A DNA stretch of 43,991 nucleotides, the filler included, from Jimgerdemannia flammicorona (taxonomy: Eukaryota), in NCBI GenBank assembly GCA_003990765.1. It is 2 parts of 2 records of this genome, joined end to end, with 100 filler letters (N's around TTAATTAATTAA, not from the genome) between each part and the next. Parts side by side here need not be neighbours in the genome. Positions count along the whole stretch, not along the records: positions 1 to 21,949 come from RBNJ01001360.1; 1 more part is not named here. One strand, given 5' to 3'. The notes under the pieces are model-generated. The model was not told where the DNA came from and did not search any database. It saw only the letters and a list, made by a program, of their open reading frames with translations. Positions 1 through 12,107 of this stretch are shown here, one piece after another. The position numbers were made by a program, and so were the translations under genes. Positions within the stretch are counted from its first letter, which is position 1; each line of letters opens with the position of its first letter.

Positions 1-289
1 CACGAAATTTCCTAATTGGGTATTGTCTGCAGCGATACGCCAATTCAACTAAGCTGGTCTTAGTTTCTCGAACTTCCTGAAATACGGAAAATCCTGAACA
101 TCCAGAACTAGTCCGAAAAAGGACTTTGGTTGAGACGTCAACCCAATCTTGAAATCAATAAGCGTAGAGGACGTACTCCATACGAAATTGATCTTGACCA
201 TAAGAAAACGGTCTTCCAGAATATCCAGAACTTCCAGAAAACCCTTCCAGAACTACGTAACGGTTACCCTAAAAAGCAACCCTCTTACA
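1..289 (+). mobile_element. 3' end of a family-E TG...CA element (runs off window start)
   Basis: Near-identical to the reverse complement of 38938-39226; homology stops exactly at ...CCCTCTTACA (289), the E terminus; retains many CpGs. Confidence 0.85.
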
Positions 290-1810
290 GTTAAGGAATA
301 AATGAAGATCTAAACACCTTTTATATCCAAATCTGCTATTAGATAATCTTGGTAGATTATGCTATATAATGCTATTAAAGATTAAGTAGCTAAAATAACT
401 CTTATCCCTAGAGATAGCTATGATAATCTGATTAATACTAATAGTCCTAAACTTAGTATAGAAGGTGACTTATCCTCATTAATATTGGATAGCTAGATAC
501 TCTCAAGACTATATAATAAAGAGAGTTATAGAAGTTAGAATTGAAGTACTCAAGATGACTAGAATAATTTTTACAACTATAATCAATTGAAATATATCTC
601 AACCAAAGACTATAGAGTAGTAGAGAAATAGTAATCTCAAAAAGAAACTTATCATGAAGTTTACCAAAATAACTATCTATCTGAGAGATATAGTAAAGAA
701 AATTTGAGAAAAAGATTATTATCTAGTTTAGAAGTTTACTATCACTATAGATAAGAAGAGAAGAATCTATAAAGTAGAAAGAGAATATGAATACTTTAAG
801 CTGAAGTATCTTACAGTTATCTGAGCTATAGAAAAGTTCCACTACTATCTTGTCAGAAGATACTTTACCATCTTGACTTGTTATTCAGATCTTATCTAAT
901 TATTTACCATCTGTCAATAAAAAGGAATATTTGTTAAAACTGCAAGCCTATGATACAACTATATATACTGCTTAGAAAGAACCAATACTAATATAGATAT
1001 ACTCTTATAAATACTTCAAAGAACCTATAATTAGTAAAATTAAAATAAATAAGAAACTCTACTATAGAATCATCATCTATCCAAGATAGTAAAAGATTCT
1101 TCATTATCTGGAAGAATGAAGAAAAACAATTTGAAACTAATAGAGAAATACCGAAGAAAGAAAAACTACTAGTTATACTAAAGCATAAGAAGGAATAAGT
1201 AATGGAATTAGTATACAAACTCAGTTATTCTAGGAGGAATAAATTTTTATGATAAAGCCAGAAGAACAATGTAGTGGTCTGGAATAGAGAAAGATATTAG
1301 ATGATTTGTCAAGATCTGTAGTAATATCAGGAATAGAAGCAAAATTAGTAAAACCAGATATCAGAATCAGTAGATATAAAACCAGTACTATTTTTCCACA
1401 TTGTAATAGATATAATTAGTTCACTCTCTTGACAATAACTGGTGACTAATATATCATTATCATTATAGACCTCTTTATGAAATAGATAGAAGCAGTACTT
1501 CTTAAGGAAGTCAATATATAGTTAATTGCTAATTTCTTCTATAGAGAAACTATCTGTCAATTTAAGACCTCAAAGTAAGAAACAACAGAGAGAGGAACTA
1601 AATTTGTAAAGCAGTGCTTTAAGGATCTATATAAAAAATATAAGATTAAGTACATTTGAACTATAGCTTATTATATATCTATAGAGAAATAGACAGACTG
1701 AAAGAATCTATAAGATACTTAAGAATATTATTACTAAGATCTATAATAACTCTAAAAATTAGGACTACTATCTGTTAATATTATTATCTACTATTTGGAA
1801 TATATAATCA
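290..1810 (+). pseudogene. Heavily mutated Gypsy pol remnant (RT end, RNase H, integrase) of the A/B family
   Basis: Colinear with B pol, e.g. 1378 AAACCAGTACTATTTTTCCACATTGTAATAGATATAATT vs B AAACCAGTACCATTTGCCCACATAGCAATAGATGTAATT; riddled with stops; boundaries approximate. Confidence 0.8.
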
Positions 1811-2333
1811 AGACAATGGTATTGGGAAATGGGTTAGTGGGAGGAGATATCATTGGAACAATTATCTTTACAAGAGAGGTGGTGAGATATTTGGATATCT
1901 TTCTTTCAGTAAATAGTTCTGTCTTACTACAGTTGTGGTGGGAGAGGAGGGTGGCTATCTGGAGAGGCTCTTAGAGGCTGGGGAGGTCTACATCTCTCTG
2001 GTAGACTGGATATCGATTCTGAATATCTATTGGTTTCCTAAGTTATGATATATGGCTTATTACTTGAACTTTTCTGCTTGGGAGGTGAAGAGGCTGATGA
2101 AACTGGCTAGGGCTAGGATTTGGACTGAGAGGTAGTCCTAGATTAGTTGGGATACCCCTTTAATGCCAGTAGTTTGAGTAGAGCTTGGACTGGTGGATTT
2201 TCTAAGAAGATATACTGTCTGAGAGCTTAGTGGTTGAAGTGAGCTGTGGAACTGAGGAGAGGGGGATGGGTGCCACTGATGCAGAAGGTATGGGAGATGA
2301 GATTCTCCCCAAAAGAGTCCTCAAGAGATTTGC
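1811..2333 (+). mobile_element. Fragment of the L1/Tx1-like LINE (post-RT region)
   Basis: Aligns with 42510-43020 and with the reverse complement of ~13090-13620 (GGAGATATCATTGGAACAATT...GAGATGAGATTCTC). Confidence 0.75.
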
Positions 2334-3388
2334 TGTAAGTGCACAACCTCCAAGCTACTGAAATTACACATCCCCCTCTGAACAAGCCACTGAAATCATA
2401 TATAACCTTTGAACAAATCCAGAAATCACATGCAAGATCATGAAGCTGAGTCAAACTAAAGTCACAGTACACAAAGCTGAGTCAAACTAAAGTCACAGTG
2501 CACAAAGCTGAGTCAATATGAAGTCATGGAACACAAGATTTACACAAATAGAATCTTACTAATTAGAACAAAATGTATATATACTGAGTATTGAGACATG
2601 TTGAAACAGAGAACTAAAACAAACTAAACAAATAACCCCAACTCCTGAATATACACAAACATAACCACTGAGATCTACAACTACATCTGTACTGATATTT
2701 GGAATATCATTATCAACTGAGCCACACCCCTTATGAATATCTATAGCCTAGTATCCCTCTACTTCATGGAAGTCTGATGGAATGCCCTGAACATGCTTAG
2801 TAAGACCCACTGAATTGGACAAATCTCAAGCTACTACCAGATCAGCCACCTCCTAGAAGTCATAGTTGAATACTACCATGATAAGACATTACCCAGATAT
2901 CTTAACATCAGAAACTCATTGCCTATAAACATTGAGAACTCTTCTATGAGTATAGTACTGTTATTTTCCATCTCTGAGTTACTACTACCAAAATGGTGAC
3001 TACTCTGTCTTATGGCCAAATAGATGATATGATATAAGAACTCAACTATAAGTATCTCGAGTATGTGCAGACCACAGATAGAACCTTCTCACACCCTGAT
3101 GACCATATCCTGCAAATGTCTCAAGTTGGATATACCATAAAGGACATCTATGATATAATCCGATTTGATGAAGATGAAGCAGATGACAATAATCCCACTA
3201 ATGCTGATATGACCTCCAGCCAAGGATCCCTACCAACCCTGATTACTCTGCCAACCTTGCCAATGAACTTACAATAGTTCATAACTACCTACAAGACTTA
3301 TTGAGACAATAACTACTGGCATAAGTACTAACCTGCATTTATGCCTGATTACTTCAACTACAATGAAGAGACTGGAGAATACAATCTG
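2334..3388 (+). mobile_element. 5' half of a family-E element (3'-truncated), with pseudo-ORF from 2661
   Basis: Starts TGTAAGTGCACAACCTC, exactly where homology to the minus-strand copy at 40983 starts; ORF track 3065-3277 matches 40074-40784 protein (SSQGSLPTLITLPTLP). Confidence 0.85.
2443..2530 (+). repeat. 31-bp tandem repeat (~3 units) in E 5' region, each with TGAGTCA
   Basis: AAGCTGAGTCAAACTAAAGTCACAGT(A/G)CACA units starting 2443, 2474 and partial 2505; about 2 units in the 40983 copy. Confidence 0.8.
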
Positions 3389-3869
3389 AATTCAAATCAA
3401 ATTTAAATTGAATTAGTTATTGATTTGATTCTATTGTAAAGAGAGAGGCATTTTTATTAAAGTTATATAGGTCATATATTTCCCATTACTAATGAATGAT
3501 ATAAAACTAATGGAATAGCATAAGTTATTTACTGATATATTGAGTTGCCATTCCAACACTTCTGCTCAATGAGCTATATAACTAAAAAGACTGTAATTTT
3601 GTAGTAAAAATATTACTAGAGTAAAAAGGCAATGCAATATATGCTTAAACTGAAACTTCATATAACTCAAATTACTATTATATAAAATCCTATATCTAAG
3701 GAATTTTCATGAGTTCAAAATATCTGAAATGTTAGAAATATCTACAAAATATAATATATGTATGTAATCTACTTATAGATAAGAGATATCAGTAATGTAT
3801 ATGTAAATATAGCATAGTAAGGAAGACTTTTTACAATCTGAAAAATATCCAAATATTGGTATACTGCTC

Positions 3870-5032
3870 ATAAGACTCATTTTATTAATATATTGCTTGA
3901 ACTTCAGCTTTAGAAAAACTTTTGTAAGTAAATCAGTAATTATGTACTCTATGGAGATATAATTTAAGTTTTTAATACTATTTTCTATATATTCCTATAC
4001 AATATGATATCATTTCATTTTACTATAATATATTGGATTCTTGGTAAATACTATCATTGACTGATTGTCTTTCTTGATCAGTATAAGATTCTTCTGAGTA
4101 AAGCTGAGCTCTTTTAATAGTTTATAGAGCCATATAGTTTCTTTTGTTACCAATGACAATATCTGGTACTCTATTTATATTAATGATATTGCCATGAAAC
4201 TCTGCTCATACATCTACTATATGATAACAGACCTTTCTCTAATGTAGAAGAGATATCTAGTCATATATCAGCAGTCATCCAAATCATCTACCAAATTAGT
4301 ATCATATATATCAGATAGCTAAATGACATTTCTGTTATTATTTCTCCTGCTCAATCTAATATTGCCATCACTTAATATAAGTATATAGTATATCATACCC
4401 TTAAGATATCAGAATATTCTCTTGACAGTACTCTAATGTAAATTATTATAATAGGAAGAATACTGCACTACCTTATTTATATTGTATAATATGTTGAGTC
4501 TTATTTCTAATAGGAGATATATAAGAGAACTGATTTCTTGCTAATAGGATATATCTTTGGTATTGTTTTTAGCTAGTATATTGTCATCATCCTTAAGCAT
4601 AGAGTCTGGCTTTCTTAAAATTACAGAAGTATTTATAGGAGTGCCAACAGGCTTGCATTCATTTATATTGAAATATTTATAGATTATTTGAAAATATATT
4701 ACTTGTGAGAGGTATATAGTATATATGACTATTTCTATTATATATAATAGATATCCCAAAAAGAAGAATGTGTCACTTATATCTATCATCTTAAACTCTT
4801 AACATAGAGCTTTTTTGACTTTATTAAGCCTATTATTATTTTCACTAATGATTATATAGTACTAACCTAAATACTATAAATACTATGTTTTTATTATTAT
4901 AATTATATATATATATATAATTGTCTGTCTTTGCAAAATATGAATCTATCATTAAGAAGATATTTATTAATTCTTTGTTCTATAATCATACTGCTTGTTT
5001 GATCCTATATAGTCTCTTAATAATTTATATAT
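3870..5032 (-). pseudogene. Ty1/Copia pol remnant: RT C-terminus and RNase H
   Basis: Minus-strand translation gives decayed Copia motifs (EYQILSLVTKETIWL..KLLKEL, KDNQS, DLLTK, CKPVGTP, FFLG); continues at 11704 across Gypsy A. Confidence 0.75.
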
Positions 5033-5504
5033 TGTAACATAGTGGATGCTTACTCTTGAAAGTATGTCGGATTTCTGTATCTTGAAAACTTGATCTTCTC
5101 TGACTCTCGCAGAGTCTTTTGAAGTTGCAGGGGAGGGTGGGTGAGTTCGAAGTGTATCTGCCCACAGGCTTACTAGTTCCTTTGCTATCTCTTTGCTTTG
5201 AACTATTTCGATCTGAGGTTTATTCACTCAAAGATACTGGGTTATTTATACAAGTTTGCTGGCTATGAGATGGTTACTGGGTTATGTGGCTAAGTTATGA
5301 GTCATTTAACACTTTGTGAAATATTTTGCCAGTTGTGAAATACTATACTATATCGAGAAGCTCGATCTCGCACTTTGCGAAATATTTAGCAAGTGGCAAA
5401 ATTGAGGACTACTAACTATGTGGCTATACTACTTTGGGACTGGGTGTGATCAAGTGTCTGTTCCCTATTTCCTTCTTCCGAATCTGGCTATACATACCAT
5501 CATA
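5033..5504 (-). repeat. 3' LTR of Gypsy A
   Basis: Direct repeat of 11234-11699; abuts PPT; has TATAAATA and AATAAA on minus strand. Confidence 0.93.
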
Positions 5505-5541
5505 ACTTCCCCCTGAATAGATGATCTTGCCCCTGAAGCAT

Positions 5542-6003
5542 CTATTTAAACTCCCAGGCTTCAATGGTCTGTAAGGTCTTGTATTGTACGATTTGTTGCA
5601 TTACTGTTTCCCAATGGTATCACCTGACTCAGTTGAAGTCTGAGGGAGTCACTCCTCGCAGGTGGGCTAGTGCTGGTTCATCTTCACAGAATAGCTTGTG
5701 GATTCTCTTAGCAATGATGATCTGGGAATAGGAGAGCTGGCATTCTGCGATCCAATTTTCTTTGGTCATTTCTGGGTCTTGGTTGAGTACTTGGCCAAGT
5801 TTGAAGTACTCTTGAAATTTGTTTCAATGCTGATAGGCCTTGAAGTGTGAGATTCGAGAGAGATGAGTCTGCACAATGCTTTGGATACTGTCATAAGACG
5901 CCTCTATGGTCAGAGGCTTGGTGGTGCACCATTGTCTCTCGATGGCTCTTTGGACAGTGCTAGTGATCTTGAGTACCATTGCAGTACTTTTGTTAATGGC
6001 CAT
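5542..6003 (-). pseudogene. ORF3 of Gypsy A (153 codons, unknown helical protein, env position)
   Basis: MAINKSTAMVLKITSTVQRAIERQWC...QEYFKLGQVL...IAKRIHKLFCEDEPALAHLRGVTP...EAWEFK; 3 internal TGA; same length and position as B ORF3. Confidence 0.8.
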
Positions 6004-9000
6004 GATATTTCTTGAGTTGGTTTCGGTAAATGGTGGTGGAGATTATTGTATCTGAGCGTTTTTATAGAAAAGGTGGTCTCTTTTATATCTTGCACCAGGT
6101 AAGGTCCTTCACACTTGGGCTTCAGTTTTCATGACCATGAAGCTTCTACCATATTCCGATACACTAGGACTTTATCTCCTATCTTGATAATCTCCAAGGG
6201 TTTGTGGATCTTTTCTGCATTCCTCTATTGTAGTGTCTGCACCATGGTTATGTAATCCTCAGCCTTCTTTCTGATTTGGTGTAGTCTCCATATTTCCATG
6301 TCTACATGTTTCTATACAGCTCTCATGATAGGGTTCTCCGAGAACATTCTTCTCTGAACACAGCATTTCTCGAGGGATAAAGTGGGTACTTTGTGATCAG
6401 ATATCCTGGAGAGTGGATAATGCTATTGGTAGATAGTGATCCCAGTTTTCATAGTTATCACAGATCTTGATGATAACATTCTTGAGGGTCTTGTTGGTCC
6501 TTTCTGCTTATCCGTTTCCTTGGGGGTAATAGGCTGTAGTCCAAATGTGCTGGATCTTGTACTTCTTGTAGAGAACCTCAAAGAGCTGGTTCATGAATTC
6601 TGTTCCTCTATCTGTAGTTACTTGTGTTGGGTCTTGAACTGGCAGATGATTTCTTTATAGAGGAAATTGGTGATTAACTGTGCATTGGCTTCCTTAAGAG
6701 GTCCTGCTTCTATCCACTTCGTAAAAAGGTCTATGATGACAATGATATATCAGTTACCAGTCAGGGCCAAGGGTAGAGGGCCGATTACATCCATTAATAT
6801 GTGGGCAAATAGTACTGGTTCTATGCATACTGATCCTGGGGCCTGGTTTCATTAGTCTTGTTTCTGTTTCTGGTATTTGTCTCAGGTTTTGATGAATTGT
6901 CTGATATCTTCCTTCATCCCTGGCCACCATATTGTTCTTCTTGCCTTGTTATATGTATTCGTTCCTCCTAGATAGCCAAGTTCATGTACTGATTTCATTG
7001 CTTGCTCCTTCTTGTGTTCTGGAATGACTAGTAGTTTTTCTTTCTTCAGTATTTCTCCATCAGTTTCGAATTGTTTCCATGTTCTGTTGATAATCATTTG
7101 TGTCCATTCTTTCAGATGTTGGGGCATCTTTTACTGTCCCAGGTATGTGATAATTCCATAGTAGAGCTCCTTATTCATGATTGATTTGTTGGTTGGAGGT
7201 AGTTTGGAGTGTCCATGAGAGAGCATCTGCATTGGAATTTGTTCTTCTAGGGCAGTGTACAATGGTTACATTGTAGGCTTGTAGCTTCATTATCCATCTG
7301 GCATAGATTCCTTTGGGTTGTCCAGTTATCAGTAGCCAGGTGAGAGCTGAGTGGTCCATTTGGATGGTGAAGTGTCTTCCAGCCAAGTAGTAGTGGAACT
7401 TTTCTATGGCCCAGATGACTGCGAGGCATTCCAACTTGTAGGATTCATAATCTTTTTCAGCTCCTCAGGTTCTGCAGCTGAGGTATGCAATGACATACTC
7501 TACTTTATCTTTCTTTTGAGCTAGGACTGCTCCTAGTCTTTGTGGACTTGCATCAGTCTGTAGGATGAATTCTTGAGTCCAGTCAGGTCTTCGGAGGATA
7601 GGTATCTGGGTCAGTCTGACCTTGAGTTCATCAAATGCTTTTTGTTGTCTGCCGGTCCACTGGAACTTGGTATCCTTCTTGTTAAGTTCGTAGATTGGTC
7701 CCGCAATATTAGAAAATCCTCTAATATATCTGCGATAATAGGAGGCAAGTCCCATGAAGGCTTGGGCTTCTGTAACAGTGGTGGGTCTTGGGTATGCTGC
7801 CACTTCTTGTATCTTGAGTGGGTCTGTGTGTGTTCCATCTCAGTTGATGATGTGGCTAAGATAGGAGATCTCAATTTCTGCGAATTTGTATTTTTTGGGC
7901 TTGATATATAGGCCATGCTTTCTCAGTCTTTCCATTATCTGCTGGATGTGCTGTAGGTGTTCTTCTGGTATCTGGCTGTAGATGATTACATCATCAACAT
8001 AGACCATTATCCATCTTCCCATGTCATAGTGGAAGATTTTGTTCATCATTCACTGGAAACTTGCTGGTGCATTGCACATTCCAAATGGCATTCATAGGTA
8101 GACGTGGGTTCCATCTGGGATGACAAAAGTTGACTTTTCACTTACCATGTCTGTGAGTCTGATTTGGTGGAATCCTGAGTATAAGTCCAAAGTGCTGTAG
8201 TACAGTGCTTCATCTCCCAGTGTTATGAGGATGTCATTGATGAGGGGCAGTGGTTGGCGATCCTTTTTGGTAACCATGTTGAGCTTTCTGTAGTCAACAC
8301 AGAGTCTTGGGGCAAATTCTCCAGGCTTGCTGCCCTTTTTTAGTACTAGTACAATAGGTGAGGACCAGAGGCTGCTGGCTTCTTTAATGAAGCCAGCTTC
8401 TTCCATCTGCTTGATTTCTTCTCTGAGCCATTCTTGGTAGGATGGCAGGACAGGTCTTGCCTTCTGATAAATTGGTTTGGTGTTTCCAGTATCTACTTCA
8501 TGATAGTAGTGTGGGGTCTTTCCTTTGATATCCTTGAAATCTGTGGCAAGGATATCTTCGAATTCGTGGAGTATTTTCTTGAGTTCTTTCTTGAGTGGAA
8601 ATTCATTTCTGATGGTGTAGCTGTGCTTGCTTGTGTTTTCCTCCTTCTTATGCTCAAGTTTGGTGATCTTGGTACTGGTGAATACTCCTCTTCCTGTGGA
8701 TCCAAATCCTTTCTTTCCTCTTTTCATTTCCTCCAGATTCTTGACTTCTATAATCCTTGGTTGTATGATCAGAAAGATCAACATTTGCGTCAATCAGTCC
8801 TTCTTCTTGACTGGAAATGGGATTGTAGGATTGTGATTCCTAGCAATGAGTAGAATTTCTCCAGTATAGTCTGAATCGATGACTCCTCCTTTGATTGTGA
8901 TTTCACTTCTAGCCAGGCTGCTTCTTGTCTTGAGAATCCCAATATGATCCTTTGGGATGGTCATTTCCAGTCCAGTTGTAAGTAGGGTGGTTGTCTGGGG

Positions 9001-11113
9001 TTCCAGTACAGTCTCTTCTACTGTAGCGATGTCCATTCTGGCTGTATTTTCTGACTTATATTCTGGCAAGACTGCATCAGAGTGGATCTTTCGAATCTTG
9101 ACCTTGATTTCTTCTTTATCATCACTGTCCTCTAGGAGGGCTGGTGGTTCATCATATTCCTCCTTCTCTTCTTCTCTGATCTGTTTTTCGAGAGCTTTCT
9201 ACCTTCTTTCCTGGTGGATCTTCTTGATTCCAATGGTGCACTGGTAGCAATCATTGACATGCTCCATACAGTACATCTTGATCCCATGAGGACAGACTCC
9301 TTGTGGGGTATAACCTTCTGTGATCTTCTTGCACCATTCTTCTTTACTTATCCATCCAACTTTCTTCCTCTTTGGAGTAGTCACCATATAAGCTTCCTCT
9401 TGCTCACTCTCTTCTTCCTCTATGTTGGGCAGGACTCCTTTATTGACATTGATGGGAATTCGTACCTTCTGTCCCCAGTAGGTGATCTGCATCTTCTGGG
9501 CATTGAGATCGATTACTGCCTTGGCTTTGTGAAGCCATTGATTGCCGATGAGGATGTCATAGTTGGTGGCATTGGTTACAATTACATCTACTGGGATGGT
9601 TGCTCCTCCAATCTTGATAGAAACATCTCAGATCTTTCCCAGAGGTGTGGCTCTTGTGCCATTGACTGTGACGAACACCAGCTTAGTTGCTTCTTCCACA
9701 TCCCAACCTAGGTGGTCCACTGCCTTCTTGCTGAGGAGACATCCTTCTGCTCCCATATCAATGATGGCTTCAAAAATTCTATCTTCAATTTGGCATGTTG
9801 CATAAGCAGAGGTTTTGCAATTGTCCTCACTTTCTTCTCCTGAGTCCTCTTGAATGTTATTGGCCTCAGTTATCTTCCATCCTTGTTCCTTAGTTGTTTT
9901 GGCAAGTCCAAACCTCATTTTCTGTCTGAATGTTGGGATTTCTGCGAGCTGACCAAAGGTTGCATTGATTGGTCTTGCAAAGCTTCTTTTCTTTTTCTCC
10001 TTCACTGTCTGGAGTGGTTCCTCAGATGATATCTTGAACTGCTTGCTCCAGCTCCATATCTTGGTCCATCTCTTTGCCTTGGCTTTCTGTGGCAGTTTCT
10101 ATCTGCTTTTCCACTGGGCTCTTCTTGGGTCTTCCTGGTAGTCTCTTGAAGGGTTCTTTGCGAACATCCTTCTTGGTGGTCTGAGCAGAATAGGCCTCCC
10201 ATTCCTCTTCATCAAATTCTCTGATTTCTTCAAAGGTGATTGTATTGGCCTGCTCCTTGATTCGTATAGCATTGCTTGGTTGAGCCTTATGCTTGGTTTC
10301 GCTCATGCATTCATAGGAGTAGTGGCCTTCTTCTCCACAGCTGTAGCAGGTACCTTTCTTCTTATCTGAGGTGGTGGCAAACTTCTGAACAGAGCAGTGG
10401 TCTCTTCCTCAAATTTCCTTTACCACATCTCCCAGGTGGGCAGTCATTTCGGCAAACCTTTTGGTGAGTTCCTCCATAGGGTCACTGTTCTTTTACTGCT
10501 CTATAGCTTTTGGCTGAGGTGTGTTTCAATTGATCATTATGGTAGGGATCACACTGGTTGCCTTGGGTGCTTCGATTTTGACTCCCATGACCCTTTCCAT
10601 TGTATGGTCTTGTGGATGTCTGGCTATCCAGTATCACTGAGCATAGGTGACCTTCTGTGGCAGATCCAGAATCACTGGTGATGAGCAGATGACCATGGCT
10701 ATTTCTGGATGGACTCCTTTCATGAAGGTTGCTTTGGCTACTTGATCTCGGATAGCAGTAGCATAATCTGCATGGATTATCTGATATTGAATTCTGGTAT
10801 AGAATGTGTTTGGATCCTCGCTCATTCCTTGGCATATTATATTGAGCTGATCTTTCAGGGCTTGCTTGATCTCGTCTGTATAATATGTATTTTGGAGCCA
10901 GGTCTTCTGTGCTGTCAGTATAGCATCAGCATCATTTCCTGCATGGGTTGCAGCTGTGAATGCTGCTCTGGCAGGACCTTGTAGGCTGAAGGGCATGAGG
11001 GCTACTTGCTGTGCTGCTGTCAGGGTCCTTACAGCAGCATACTGCTTGAAATTATCAATGAAGGTGATGATTGATTCATCTGAGATATATCCATGGAATA
11101 CTGGTGGTCTCAT
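5993..11113 (-). pseudogene. gag-pol of Gypsy A (Gag, CCHC knuckle, protease, dUTPase, RT, RNase H, integrase)
   Basis: MRPPVFHG gag start; CYSCGEEGHYSYEC; IIDMGA (decayed DTG); RLCVDYRKLN, LDLYSGFHQI, YVDD; LQTDAS, ECLAVIWA; integrase core and GPY motif; many stops/frameshifts. Confidence 0.93.
8692..9105 (-). pseudogene. dut: dUTPase domain inside pol of Gypsy A, between protease and RT
   Basis: Trimeric dUTPase motifs: A(R/G)MDI, RSSLA, GGVIDSDYTGEI, (R)LTQML, RGKKGFGSTG. Confidence 0.92.
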
Positions 11114-11233
11114 ATCTATCTTGTCTGGGTATTGGGGCTCGGTTTGTATGGTTGTTCAGGTAGTGGCGGTTGTTCATTGTTCAGCTTGAAAGTGAGGGAT
11201 TCGTCTTGAATCACCAGCCAATGGGCACCAAGT

Positions 11234-11699
11234 TGTAACATAGCAGATGCTTACTCTTGAAAGTACATTAGATTTCTGTATCTTGAAAACTTGATCTTCT
11301 CTGACTCTCGCAGAGTCTCTTGAAGTTGTAGGGGAGGGTGGGTGAGTTCAAAGTGTATCTGCCTGCAGGATTACTAGTTTCTTTGCTATCTCTTTGCTTT
11401 GAACTATTTCGATCTGAGGTTTATTCATTTGAAGATACTGGGTTATTTATACAAGTTTTAGCTATGAGATAGTTACTGGGTTACGTGGCTAAGTTATGAG
11501 TCATTTAACACTTTGCAAAATATTTCACTAGTTGTGAAATGCTATACTATATCAAGAAGCTTGATCTCGCACTTTGTGAAATATTTAGCAAGTGGCGAAA
11601 TCGAGGACTGCTAAATATGTGGCTATACTACTTTGGGACTGGGTGCAATCAAGTGTCTGTTCCCTATTTCCTTCTTCCGAATCTGGCTATACCATCACA
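11234..11699 (-). repeat. 5' LTR of Gypsy A
   Basis: TGTGATGG...TGTTACA on minus strand, followed after 3 nt by the PBS. Confidence 0.93.
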
Positions 11700-11703
11700 A
11701 TAT

Positions 11704-12107
11704 ATATAAACTCACTATTTTTATATTCTTGTTGTTGATAGATATATAGTTTAGTATCTACATTATCATTTTGGGAATACTGTCTTTATATCTATTTGAT
11801 GGATTTTCAGATCATTTAGTATACTGATTGCAAGGAGTATTCTAAGCAAAGTAAGCTTGAATATTGATAAAAATATCTCATTATAGTCTATGATATAATT
11901 CTGTAAGTATCTCTTAGTAATAAAATATGCTTTATATTACTCTATGCTTTTATTGATATTATACTTTATCCCATAGACCCACTTGGATCTAATTATTTAG
12001 TAATTTGATAGAAGGGATATAAGATCTCATATACTATTCTTGATGAGAGAATCATATTTCTCATCTATTATGTATTTCTATTTTTCACTATCTGGAAATT
12101 GCATTCC
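11704..12107 (-). pseudogene. Ty1/Copia RT N-terminal remnant (same element as 3870-5032)
   Basis: Decayed YDSLIKNS.WDL, LRILLAI, IHQIDIKT motifs on the minus strand. Confidence 0.75.

Larger units (their letters stand above)
5033..11699 (-). mobile_element. Ty3/Gypsy LTR retrotransposon A, full length, inactivated, dUTPase-bearing
   Basis: Direct LTRs 5033-5504 and 11234-11699, TG...CA ends, TSD ATAT (5029-5032/11700-11703), PBS TGGTGCCCAT at 11221-11230, PPT AGGGGGAAG at 5506-5514, gag-PR-dUT-RT-RH-IN order. Confidence 0.95.

Noticed and set aside
6436..11189. Plus-strand ORFs over Gypsy A (and minus-strand ORFs over B, plus-strand Leu/Ser/Pro-rich ORFs over the LINE)
   Set aside because: Antisense shadows of decayed coding sequence; no motifs
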